A stretch of 64,000 nucleotides of DNA, from IMG/VR virus record IMGVR_UViG_3300020714_000006, one strand, 5' to 3'. The position numbers were made by a program, and so were the translations under genes. How positions within the stretch are numbered: the stretch's first letter is position 1; each line of letters begins with the position of its first letter. Below are positions 55,802 to 64,000 of the stretch, in pieces. This stretch comes from a virus. Its lineage: Duplodnaviria > Heunggongvirae > Uroviricota > Caudoviricetes. The notes below the pieces were generated by a model, which was not told the DNA's origin, searched no databases, and saw only the letters and a list, made by a program, of their open reading frames with translations.

Positions 55802-56236
55802 ATGGCACATAACTTTGCACGTGGGACATTTGTACCTAAAAATCCACAAAAATATGTTGGAATGGGTAAAATTACATATAGGTCTAGTTGGGAATTTTCA
55901 TTTTGTAATTTCTGTGATACTAATCCAAGTATACAACGTTGGGCAAGTGAAGCAATAAAAATACCATATCGTAACCCATTAACTGGTAAACAAACTGTTT
56001 ATGTACCAGATTTCTTTATTCAATACCTAGATAAGAACAATAAAATGCAAGTTGAATTAATTGAAATAAAACCTGCCAGTCAACAACTTATCGAAAAAGT
56101 TGGTAAGAGTAAAATCAATCAAGCTATGTTTATTAAAAATCAAGCAAAATGGGCAGCTGCTAGTATATATTGTAAACAACAAGGTATAAAGTTTCGCGTG
56201 TTAAATCAATACGATCTGTTCCATAATGGAAAATGA
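55802..56236 (+). CDS. gp4: Head completion nuclease (gp4-like, TnsA-type)
   Basis: PKNPQKYVG, YRSSWE, WASE, YVPDF, IEIKP, NQAKWAAA. Confidence 0.88.
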   Translation: MAHNFARGTFVPKNPQKYVGMGKITYRSSWEFSFCNFCDTNPSIQRWASEAIKIPYRNPLTGKQTVYVPDFFIQYLDKNNKMQVELIEIKPASQQLIEKVGKSKINQAMFIKNQAKWAAASIYCKQQGIKFRVLNQYDLFHNGK

Positions 56237-56247
56237 TAAATAAAAAT

Positions 56248-56297
56248 GTAGTTCACGGAATGGGGATTCCTAACTACTTTAATGTCAGAGAGGACAT
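56248..56297 (+). promoter_or_regulatory. Two-hairpin leader of the HNH endonuclease gene
   Basis: GTAGTT/AACTAC enclosing GGAAT/ATTCC; ATGTC/GACAT around the SD-like GAGAGGA; downstream of late motif GATAAATA (56235-56242). Confidence 0.5.
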
Positions 56298-56302
56298 CAA
56301 CA

Positions 56303-57010
56303 ATGATATTTATCGAAAACAAATATACTAAATGGTATAATAATATTATTATATCATCAAAATCTAGAATATTACCAACTAATTTATATGTAGAAAAACA
56401 TCATATCATACCTAAGAGTATGGGTGGTAATGATTTTAAAGAAAATATAGCCATACTTACTGCCCGTGAACACTTTGTATGCCACTTATTATTAACAAAA
56501 ATGACAATTGGTGATGCTAAATATAAGATGATATTTGCATTTTCTTGTATGTTTATGTCAAGTAATAATCAACAACGGTATAATAGTAAGTTATTTGAGT
56601 ATTCAAAACTAAATAAGAAGCATAGTGATGAATCAAAGAAAAAGATGTCCATTGCAAAAAAAGGTACAAAACAATCAGCAGAAACAATCGCGATTCGTGT
56701 AGAAAAATTAAAAGGACGACCATCTATCACAAAGGGACAGAAAAAACATTCTGAAAAATCTAAAAAAGCTATAAGTGATCACCAAAAATCGTTATGTGCA
56801 GCAATGACACCAGATGAAATGAATATTAGAATGAAAACTTCTTGTTCATCACCTGAAAGCTGGACACAAGAAAGAAAGGATAAGATTTCAAAAGCTAATA
56901 CTGGTAAAGTTCGAACAGAAGAACAGAGAAAAAATTATGGTCATTTAAAAGGTAAACCTTGGCCAGACGCAAGAAGACTTGCATATTTAAAAAAGAAGGA
57001 TTTAGAATGA
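56303..57010 (+). CDS. Free-standing HNH homing endonuclease with NUMOD3-like repeats
   Basis: EKHHIIPKSMGG...LTAREHFVCHLLL; KKHSDESKKKMS; paralogue of 19502..20260. Confidence 0.85.
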   Translation: MIFIENKYTKWYNNIIISSKSRILPTNLYVEKHHIIPKSMGGNDFKENIAILTAREHFVCHLLLTKMTIGDAKYKMIFAFSCMFMSSNNQQRYNSKLFEYSKLNKKHSDESKKKMSIAKKGTKQSAETIAIRVEKLKGRPSITKGQKKHSEKSKKAISDHQKSLCAAMTPDEMNIRMKTSCSSPESWTQERKDKISKANTGKVRTEEQRKNYGHLKGKPWPDARRLAYLKKKDLE

Positions 57011-57486
57011 CTCGAAGGCTGGAAGAGATCCTGAACTTGCCAGATAGCAAGGAAATAATAAAAAAAGAAGAAACACCTAAACGTGTTAAACAATCACCTC
57101 CATCATTTAGAAATATGTCGGAGTTTGATAAGATATCAGCTGCATTGCCACCAGTTACTGGGTTAGGTGATTTAAGTGATACAGAATTTGATGAATTAGC
57201 TGAAAAAGCATCTAACGCATATGACGACTTAATGGACTTAGGTATGAATGTTGAAGCTAGATATTCAGCAAGATTATTTGAAGTTGCATCATCTATGCTT
57301 AAAAATGCAATAGATGCAAAGTCTGCAAAGGTTGATAAAAAACTTAAAATGATTGAACTTCAACTTAAAAAACAAAAAATAGATGCCGATACTTCAGTAG
57401 AAGATAATGGTATTAATATCCAAGGTGAAGGTTTTGTAGTAGCTGATCGTAATAGCCTTTTGGAAAAATTGAAAAACATGCGATGA
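57007..57486 (+). CDS. Probable terminase small subunit (gp16-like)
   Basis: LMDLGMNVEARYSARLFEVASSMLKNAIDAK helical core; ATGA overlap with the HNH gene; near the large terminase. Confidence 0.55.
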   Translation: MTRRLEEILNLPDSKEIIKKEETPKRVKQSPPSFRNMSEFDKISAALPPVTGLGDLSDTEFDELAEKASNAYDDLMDLGMNVEARYSARLFEVASSMLKNAIDAKSAKVDKKLKMIELQLKKQKIDADTSVEDNGINIQGEGFVVADRNSLLEKLKNMR

Positions 57487-57528
57487 TTAAATCATTTATT
57501 TTGATAAATACAAGAATGGGATTATATT

Positions 57529-58149
57529 ATGACAAAATCATTTAAAGAATATTTGCAAGAAAGCAAACAAAATTACGAATTTAAAATTAAACTGGCTGGC
57601 GAATGTACTGATGCTTCTAGTAAAATTAAAGCTGCGTTAGATAGATTTAAAGTTGAATCTATATCAGAAAAAAGAACACCAATACAAGAAACCCAAGTTG
57701 ACTTTCCTGAACACGCAAATATTGGAGTTACGGTGTTTGATATATCATTATCATATCCAGTAACAAGTAACCAAATTAGGGATTTAGTTGCAGAAGCATT
57801 AAATATCTCACATAGTTGTGTAAAAATTAGAAACTTGAAAGAGCAAGAAGAAGATGCAATTAATTCACAATATTGCCCAAATCATCCATCTGGAAAAGCA
57901 ATGTTAGGAACTGATTATGAAGCATCTAATCACCAATCATTAGTTGGTGAAGAACATAAAATGGCATTGTTAAAAGAACTTAGCAAAACCAAACATCAAG
58001 GAACACCATACACTGGTATCAATGATGAAATATTGGCTAATAAAGCTCCTACCAGCCCTAATACTGTATCTAAAAGTAAAGTTGATAAAGCTATAAGTCC
58101 AGTAGGTTCTAAACAAAATAAATTACCAGATCCATATAAAGGAAGATAA
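57529..58149 (+). CDS. Hypothetical late protein, possible internal head protein
   Basis: GATAAATA at 57503; N-terminus MTKSFKEYLQE. Confidence 0.65.
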   Translation: MTKSFKEYLQESKQNYEFKIKLAGECTDASSKIKAALDRFKVESISEKRTPIQETQVDFPEHANIGVTVFDISLSYPVTSNQIRDLVAEALNISHSCVKIRNLKEQEEDAINSQYCPNHPSGKAMLGTDYEASNHQSLVGEEHKMALLKELSKTKHQGTPYTGINDEILANKAPTSPNTVSKSKVDKAISPVGSKQNKLPDPYKGR

Positions 58150-58150
58150 T

Positions 58151-59074
58151 ATGAACTTTACAGATTTATATAAAAAAATAACAAACATTGATAACGGGCT
58201 GAATGAAAGTGAATTAGTAGAATGCCCTTGTGAAGAAGGCCCAATGGCACATCCTAAACAACAAGATTCGGTTAATATGAACGTTTCTATCAATGGCCAA
58301 GGTGCCAATGGTATTCGTGACTTAATGGATATTTTAAAAAATATTGATAAAGTAGATGGAAGTGAAAAACATGATATATTAGTAGGTGAACCTGAACAAA
58401 CTGAACCTGACCAAGATGATTCTGATGAGGTTGTATTTGACATAGAACCAACTCATGATGACGAAGAACCATTAATGACAGATGACTATGAAAATTCACC
58501 AATTGGCGCATCTGATGCAGCCGTTTATGGAATATCAGCTGTTACTGCAATGGGTGATGATTTATTCAGTAAAGGTAAAGGTGCTAAAAAAGCAAATGGT
58601 GGAGAAAATCCTTGGAATGTAGACGAATCCTTGATTAACCATTTAAACAGCCTTTATGAACAAGTAAAACAACACAAAAAAGTAAACGAAAGTTTGGGAT
58701 ATGGTCATCCAGATGATCAAGTAACCGACCAACCAGCATATAAAAAACCACGCAGAAGTGGTGGTTCATCAGATAGTTGGGGGGCTGAAGATTACGAAAA
58801 AGAAAGACATTATGCTAGACAAGATGATGCGGCAGAACATAAACGTCAACAAGCTAAGAAAACAAAATGGGTTGATGAAAAAGGTACTGCACCAAACGGC
58901 GAAAAATTTAATGCAAAATATTTCGTTATGGCAGATACAATAGAAAAAGCCAGAGAAGACATATTGAGTACAAAAGATTTTCATCGTGGTGCGAAAAATT
59001 TTGTAGATTTTGAATATAAACCATCTGGTGAAAATGTTATTGGAATCGCATATGTGTTTGATAGACACGCATAA
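58151..59074 (+). CDS. Hypothetical acidic protein
   Basis: 307-aa ORF followed by a terminator. Confidence 0.65.
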   Translation: MNFTDLYKKITNIDNGLNESELVECPCEEGPMAHPKQQDSVNMNVSINGQGANGIRDLMDILKNIDKVDGSEKHDILVGEPEQTEPDQDDSDEVVFDIEPTHDDEEPLMTDDYENSPIGASDAAVYGISAVTAMGDDLFSKGKGAKKANGGENPWNVDESLINHLNSLYEQVKQHKKVNESLGYGHPDDQVTDQPAYKKPRRSGGSSDSWGAEDYEKERHYARQDDAAEHKRQQAKKTKWVDEKGTAPNGEKFNAKYFVMADTIEKAREDILSTKDFHRGAKNFVDFEYKPSGENVIGIAYVFDRHA

Positions 59075-59092
59075 TAATTTATTATTTTAAAT

Positions 59093-59119
59093 AAAAAAAC
59101 GGGCTTCGGCCCGTTTTTT
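59093..59119 (+). terminator. Rho-independent terminator (possibly bidirectional)
   Basis: AAAAAAACGGGC-TTCG-GCCCGTTTTTT. Confidence 0.9.
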
Positions 59120-59133
59120 ATGTAAATAAGATT

Positions 59134-61707
59134 ATGGCTAAATCATTAGACGGTTCGCTTACCAAAAAAGCACACATAAAACAACAATGGACTGAATCAC
59201 ACGTTGCAGATATGCTTGCATGTATGGATCCAGAATATGGATATCTATACTTTGCAAGGAAATTCTTTTATATACAACATTCAGTAAAAGGTAAATTATT
59301 ATTTGACCCATTTAAATATCAAGAAGGGTTATTACATAGTTACCATACAAAAAGATTTAATATTAATATGCTACCACGACAAAGTGGAAAAGCATTAAGT
59401 CTAAATACACCCATTCCAACACCAAGTGGTTGGACAACTATGGGTGATATTCAAGTTGGTGATATTATATTAAGTAATATGGGAAACCCCACTACTGTTA
59501 CGTTTGCTACTGAAATTATGTATAATCATACATGTTATGAAGTAGAATTCGATAATGGAGAATCTATTATTGCGGATGCAGAACACTTATGGAAAGTTAG
59601 TACAGCAAATTGGAGTAATAAATCAAAAATTCTTACTACTGATGAAATAAAAAAATATAAGGATACGCATTCATTAGAACAAGGATTATATATAGATATT
59701 ACAGAACCTGTTCAATACGAGTATAAGTCATTGCCAATTCATCCATATATATTAGGATTGTGGCTTGGTGATGGATATTCTGGTGATGGTAGATACGTTC
59801 AATCAAATATAGATAATATAGAAATGATTCAATATATATCTGAATCTGGATATGCCGTATCTGAACCATCCGTAAATAGCAATAATAGTGAACGTAGAAA
59901 CATTATAGGACTACGGACATTATTGAACGGAAACAATCTATTAAAAAATAAACATATACCAACTGATTATATGTTCTCATCAATTGATCAAAGGCTTGAA
60001 TTACTTCGTGGATTGATGGATACTGATGGAAGCTGTACAAAAAATGGGAATTGTGAATTTTATCAAAAGAACTTTAAATTAATAGAACAAGTAAGGACAA
60101 TATTATCATCACTTGGAATTAAGACAAGATGTTCTTGTAAAATTATAAATGGTGTGAATTATTATACATTAAAATTTTCCACAAAAAAATATATAGTGTT
60201 TAAGTTGAAAAGAAAAGCTGAAAGACAGTTATTGTGCAAAGGCCATGTAAAAAACACTAGATTATACATAAACAAAATCACTAAAACATCTTCAGTTCCA
60301 GTAAGATGCATCCAAGTTGATAATGATGAGCATATGTTTTTATGTGGTAAAACAATGATACCAACACATAATACAACTTGTGCATCAGCATATCTTTTAT
60401 GGTATGCAATGTTCCACCCTGACCAAACTATATTAGTAGCAGCACATAAGTTTACAGGTGCCCAAGAAATTATGCAACGTATCCGATATGGATATGAATT
60501 ATGTCCAGATTACTTACGAGCTGGGGTAGTAAGTTACAACAAAGGAAGTATTGAATTTGAAAATGGTTCACGTATAGTAAGTCAAACAACTACTGGCACA
60601 ACTGGTCGTGGTATGTCTATTTCATTATTATACTGTGATGAGTTTGCATTCGTACAGCCAAATATAGCAAATGAGTTTTGGACATCTATATCACCTACAC
60701 TCGCAACAGGTGGACGAGCTATTATTACATCAACACCAAACTCAGATGAAGACCAATTTGCATTAATATGGAAAGAAAGCAAAGATACATTTGACGAATT
60801 TGGAAACCAACGAACTGATGGACTAGGAAGAAATGGATTCTTTGGATATAAATCTGATTGGTGGGATCATCCAGACCGTGATGAAAATTGGAAAAAAGAA
60901 GAACTTGGTCGTATAGGAGAAGAACGATTCAGACGGGAATATAATTGCGAATTCTTGGTATATGATGAAACTTTGGTTAATAGTATTAAATTATCAGAAA
61001 TGATAGGTAATGAACCAACCTTTAAGATGGGACAAGTTAGATGGTATAAAAAACCAACACCTGGTAATCTATATCTAGCAGCATTAGATCCAAGTTTAGG
61101 AACTGGTGGCGACTACAGTGGTATCCAAGTATTTGAACTTCCAAGTTTTACACAGGTTGCAGAATGGCAACATAATTTAACACCTATTCAAGGACAAATA
61201 AAAATATATAGGGATATACTTAGATATTTACAAGATGAATTAGGGCCAGATAATCCTAATTCTATTTACTGGTCAGTTGAAAATAATACAGTTGGTGATA
61301 GTGCATTAGTGGTTATTGAAAATCTCGGTGAAGAAACCTTTCCTGGATTATTCTTAAGTGAACCATTAAGAAAAGGTCATGTTAAAAAGTTTAGGAAAGG
61401 ATTTAACACAACTTTTGGAAATAAAATTTCATCTTGTGCCAGATTAAAATATTTAATTGAAGAAGATAAAATGGTTATTAATAGTAGAGCATTGATTAGC
61501 GAACTTAAATCATTTATTGCATCTGGGGTAAGTTTCAAGGCAAAACAAGGACAACACGATGATTTGGTATCATCGGTATTATTGGTAGTAAGAATGAGCA
61601 CTGTTCTTGCTGAATGGGATCCTAATGTATTTGAAACATTAAGTATAGATGGTATCAATGATGATTGGGAAGCACCACTTCCCGTGTTTGTTTCATCGTA
61701 TTTCTGA
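59134..61707 (+). CDS. gp17: Terminase large subunit (gp17-like) with intein
   Basis: Walker A LPRQSGK|TT split by the intein; Walker B LLYCDEFAF; ITSTPN; nuclease ALDPSLG...HDDLV. Confidence 0.95.
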   Translation: MAKSLDGSLTKKAHIKQQWTESHVADMLACMDPEYGYLYFARKFFYIQHSVKGKLLFDPFKYQEGLLHSYHTKRFNINMLPRQSGKALSLNTPIPTPSGWTTMGDIQVGDIILSNMGNPTTVTFATEIMYNHTCYEVEFDNGESIIADAEHLWKVSTANWSNKSKILTTDEIKKYKDTHSLEQGLYIDITEPVQYEYKSLPIHPYILGLWLGDGYSGDGRYVQSNIDNIEMIQYISESGYAVSEPSVNSNNSERRNIIGLRTLLNGNNLLKNKHIPTDYMFSSIDQRLELLRGLMDTDGSCTKNGNCEFYQKNFKLIEQVRTILSSLGIKTRCSCKIINGVNYYTLKFSTKKYIVFKLKRKAERQLLCKGHVKNTRLYINKITKTSSVPVRCIQVDNDEHMFLCGKTMIPTHNTTCASAYLLWYAMFHPDQTILVAAHKFTGAQEIMQRIRYGYELCPDYLRAGVVSYNKGSIEFENGSRIVSQTTTGTTGRGMSISLLYCDEFAFVQPNIANEFWTSISPTLATGGRAIITSTPNSDEDQFALIWKESKDTFDEFGNQRTDGLGRNGFFGYKSDWWDHPDRDENWKKEELGRIGEERFRREYNCEFLVYDETLVNSIKLSEMIGNEPTFKMGQVRWYKKPTPGNLYLAALDPSLGTGGDYSGIQVFELPSFTQVAEWQHNLTPIQGQIKIYRDILRYLQDELGPDNPNSIYWSVENNTVGDSALVVIENLGEETFPGLFLSEPLRKGHVKKFRKGFNTTFGNKISSCARLKYLIEEDKMVINSRALISELKSFIASGVSFKAKQGQHDDLVSSVLLVVRMSTVLAEWDPNVFETLSIDGINDDWEAPLPVFVSSYF
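59392..60372 (+). mobile_element. Class 3-type intein (327 aa) with LAGLIDADG endonuclease, in the terminase Walker A
   Basis: Starts with Ala (ALSLNTPIPTPSGW); block B ADAEHLW; LGLWLGDG and LRGLMDTDG; block F VRCIQVD; ends IPTHN, Thr+1. Confidence 0.9.
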
Positions 61708-61717
61708 TAAATAAGAT

Positions 61718-63913
61718 ATGGAAAATAATTTAGATAAGATTGCTAAAGACCTTTATGGCAAAATACAAGTACGATTCCCTGAAATAAAGATTGGGGATGA
61801 GAATGCAGAAGTGTTATCAAAAAAAATTGATATACCAAAAGCTAGGTTCTTTGAATTCGAATATAAAGAAGGAGATGAATCACTGGGCGTTATTACTGTT
61901 ACGCTAGACGAAGATGATGGTGTAATACTTCAAATAAGTCAAGATTTACATGAACATGACCTAACCGATGATGATGATTTCAATAAGTTTATCAGATCAT
62001 TTAGACAATTTGCTAAAAATCGTTTATTAAAGTTCGATGTACAAAACATCGGTAAAAGCAATTTAGATAAAAGAGATTATAACTTTCAAGCAAAACCAAA
62101 GGAATTACCTATTATGGAAAATAGAATGTTTGGTACTAGTCGTATCAGCTATCAAAATTTGGGCGAAGCCCGTTTAGTCGTTAAACATACTCAACCAATT
62201 AACCCAGAAGCTGCTGCTGGAAGATCAATGCATATTGAAAGCATTTATATTGAAAATGCAGATGGTGAAAGATTTAAGTACCCATATAAACATCTACATG
62301 GTGCAAGAGCACTTGCTGAACATATTAATCATGGTGGAAATCCATATGATCATATTGGTAAACATATTACTGGATTAAGTGAAGAATTAAATCAATTAAG
62401 AAAATTTAAAGGTTATGTTAATCGTCAAGAACAAATATCAGAAGCAATGGGTTCAGTAACTAACCGTGTTTTAGAAAGAATAGAAGAAGTTAAAAAAGAA
62501 GTTAGTAACTTACAAAAATCTTCTTATTATGAACAATTTGCTGAATCATTTCAATCACAAGAAGATAAAATGATACCAGAAGATATTATGAATGATTGGG
62601 TTGATAGATTAACTATTCGCACTTTTAATGAAGATTTGAAAAAAGTATTTCCATATTTGTACAATATCATGGATGAAAGTGAATTGCCAGTTCGTGAACT
62701 AACAGCTGATGACTTATTAGATGAAGCATTTGGTAAAGAAGGACTTAAAAAAAGATTAGAAAAAAGTGGATTTGGTACTAAAGAACGTGAAGCTGAAATA
62801 AAAGCTAGTGGTGAAAAAATATCAAAATTTAATTCTGATGAAGATGCTGCCGCTGAAAAACGTATGGCAGATTGGAAGAAAAAATTTGGTAAGAAATCTC
62901 CTGAAGATCAACTTGAATCATTCTTAGAAGGTATTAGCAGCGATGCATTCTTAAATGATACACCAGAATCAAGCGAATTAAATACATTGTTAGGTGCAAA
63001 ATTAACTGGTGGTGATATCGGTGTAAATTCACTTAAAGATGAAATTAAAGATCCAGAAGTTCTTAATGTTATTCGTGACATTAGTTTTGATGATAAAGAC
63101 GCCGAAGATAAAGCTATCAGAGATATTATAAAACATTATTATATTGCTAATAAACCAGAAGAATTAGATCAAATTCCAAATTTATATATAGATGCACCAG
63201 CTGATGTTGGTGGTGAAGAACCTCCTGCTGAAGAACCAGCACCAGAAGAAATGCCTCCTGCACCTGCGCCAATGCCTCCTGCACCTGCGCCTGCACCAGC
63301 ACCTGCGCTAGGTGGAATGCCTCCTGCACCTGCACCAGGTATGCCAATGGCAGAAAGTGCTGTTAAAAAAGCTAAAATAATTAAAATGAAAGAGAAGTTT
63401 AAAAATGCTCGTACAAAAGGTGCTACCATAAAAACTCCTTTCTCAGAAAGTATGACATTTGGTGATGCTATGCGTGAATGTGGAATCAATCCATCTGAAT
63501 GTGGGTATGAAGAAGAAACAACAGTTGATACTAATGAATCAGGTATTGACCAACTATTGAAAATAATTTCTGGATTCTGGAACAAAGAAGAAAAGAACTT
63601 TACTATTGGCGGTGAAAGAGCCAAAATAAAAGTAGTAAAAGCATTTAAAGATGGTGAGTGCCCAAATGCACAAAAAGAAGAAGTTCACAATGTATTAAAA
63701 TTAATTACAAAACTGGACCCTACACAGGAAGTTGAAGAACCACAAAATGATGAACAAGACCAAGTTTTACATTTAGCTGGTGTTAAAAGTATTATACCAC
63801 AAATTGCAGCAGTCGTATCATCAAGTGATGGCAAAGAAGATAAATTATTAAACAATTTAAAGTTTATGCAAGAGAGTGAATTAACTCTTATTAAAAGAAA
63901 TGCAGGATTATAA
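61718..63913 (+). CDS. Large hypothetical late protein with acidic and Pro-rich linker
   Basis: 731-aa ORF; GATAAATA 4 nt upstream; IENADGERFKYPYKHLHGARALAEH core. Confidence 0.7.
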   Translation: MENNLDKIAKDLYGKIQVRFPEIKIGDENAEVLSKKIDIPKARFFEFEYKEGDESLGVITVTLDEDDGVILQISQDLHEHDLTDDDDFNKFIRSFRQFAKNRLLKFDVQNIGKSNLDKRDYNFQAKPKELPIMENRMFGTSRISYQNLGEARLVVKHTQPINPEAAAGRSMHIESIYIENADGERFKYPYKHLHGARALAEHINHGGNPYDHIGKHITGLSEELNQLRKFKGYVNRQEQISEAMGSVTNRVLERIEEVKKEVSNLQKSSYYEQFAESFQSQEDKMIPEDIMNDWVDRLTIRTFNEDLKKVFPYLYNIMDESELPVRELTADDLLDEAFGKEGLKKRLEKSGFGTKEREAEIKASGEKISKFNSDEDAAAEKRMADWKKKFGKKSPEDQLESFLEGISSDAFLNDTPESSELNTLLGAKLTGGDIGVNSLKDEIKDPEVLNVIRDISFDDKDAEDKAIRDIIKHYYIANKPEELDQIPNLYIDAPADVGGEEPPAEEPAPEEMPPAPAPMPPAPAPAPAPALGGMPPAPAPGMPMAESAVKKAKIIKMKEKFKNARTKGATIKTPFSESMTFGDAMRECGINPSECGYEEETTVDTNESGIDQLLKIISGFWNKEEKNFTIGGERAKIKVVKAFKDGECPNAQKEEVHNVLKLITKLDPTQEVEEPQNDEQDQVLHLAGVKSIIPQIAAVVSSSDGKEDKLLNNLKFMQESELTLIKRNAGL
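63221..63350 (+). repeat. Pro/Ala coding repeat (MPPAPAP units)
   Basis: atgcctcctgcacctgc occurs three times. Confidence 0.8.
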
Positions 63914-63914
63914 A

Positions 63915-64000
63915 ATGAAAAAAATTACAGAACAAACTTTGCTAGAAATGTCTAGAAACTTGAAATCTAGATTGTATGAAGAGAACATTATGCAAACCCA
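63915..64000 (+). CDS. Start of the next gene (truncated by the window end)
   Basis: ATG 1 nt after the previous stop; MKKITEQTLLEMSRNLKSRLYEENIMQT, open to the end. Confidence 0.55.
   Translation, partial: MKKITEQTLLEMSRNLKSRLYEENIMQT

Noticed and set aside
1962-56961. Longest-ORF starts in the track (1962, 2770, 5572, 6578, 14507, 14928, 50297, 54421, 56282, 56959)
   Set aside because: Replaced by downstream ATGs that fit SD or promoter positions and avoid long overlaps
1-64000. Stop-codon reassignment as in some large phages
   Set aside because: Genes tile densely under the standard code, and TAA, TAG and TGA all end genes at sensible positions

Overview
AT-rich segment of a large T4-like (myovirus) phage genome, read with the standard genetic code. 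It holds a gp55-like late sigma factor, the gp47/gp46 recombination nuclease pair and an Hjc-like resolvase. The head module has an intein-bearing portal, prohead protease, scaffold and major capsid protein. About 23 kb encodes very large virion or fibre proteins, ending in two collagen-like fibres with peptidase-S74 chaperones and a GT-B glycosyltransferase. Neck and tail genes (gp13/14/15/18/19-like), a dNMP kinase, a Nudix hydrolase, a probable small terminase and an intein-bearing large terminase follow. Four free-standing homing endonuclease genes are present. Late promoter motifs (xxTAAATA) and four perfect sigma70 promoters are readable. Best leads: (i) a ~490-nt ORF-free, densely base-paired region with several possible pseudoknots at 7202-7690, a candidate large ncRNA; (ii) seven repeats in two giant virion proteins resembling the phycobiliprotein bilin-attachment motif K-C-x-R-D; (iii) a T-TTT-TTC slippery site that would fuse the gp26-like and gp51-like ORFs by -1 frameshift; (iv) apparently leaderless late mRNAs; (v) an N-peptide/C-domain pattern suggesting chained fibre assembly. 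All product calls come from motif recognition and gene order; no database search was run.
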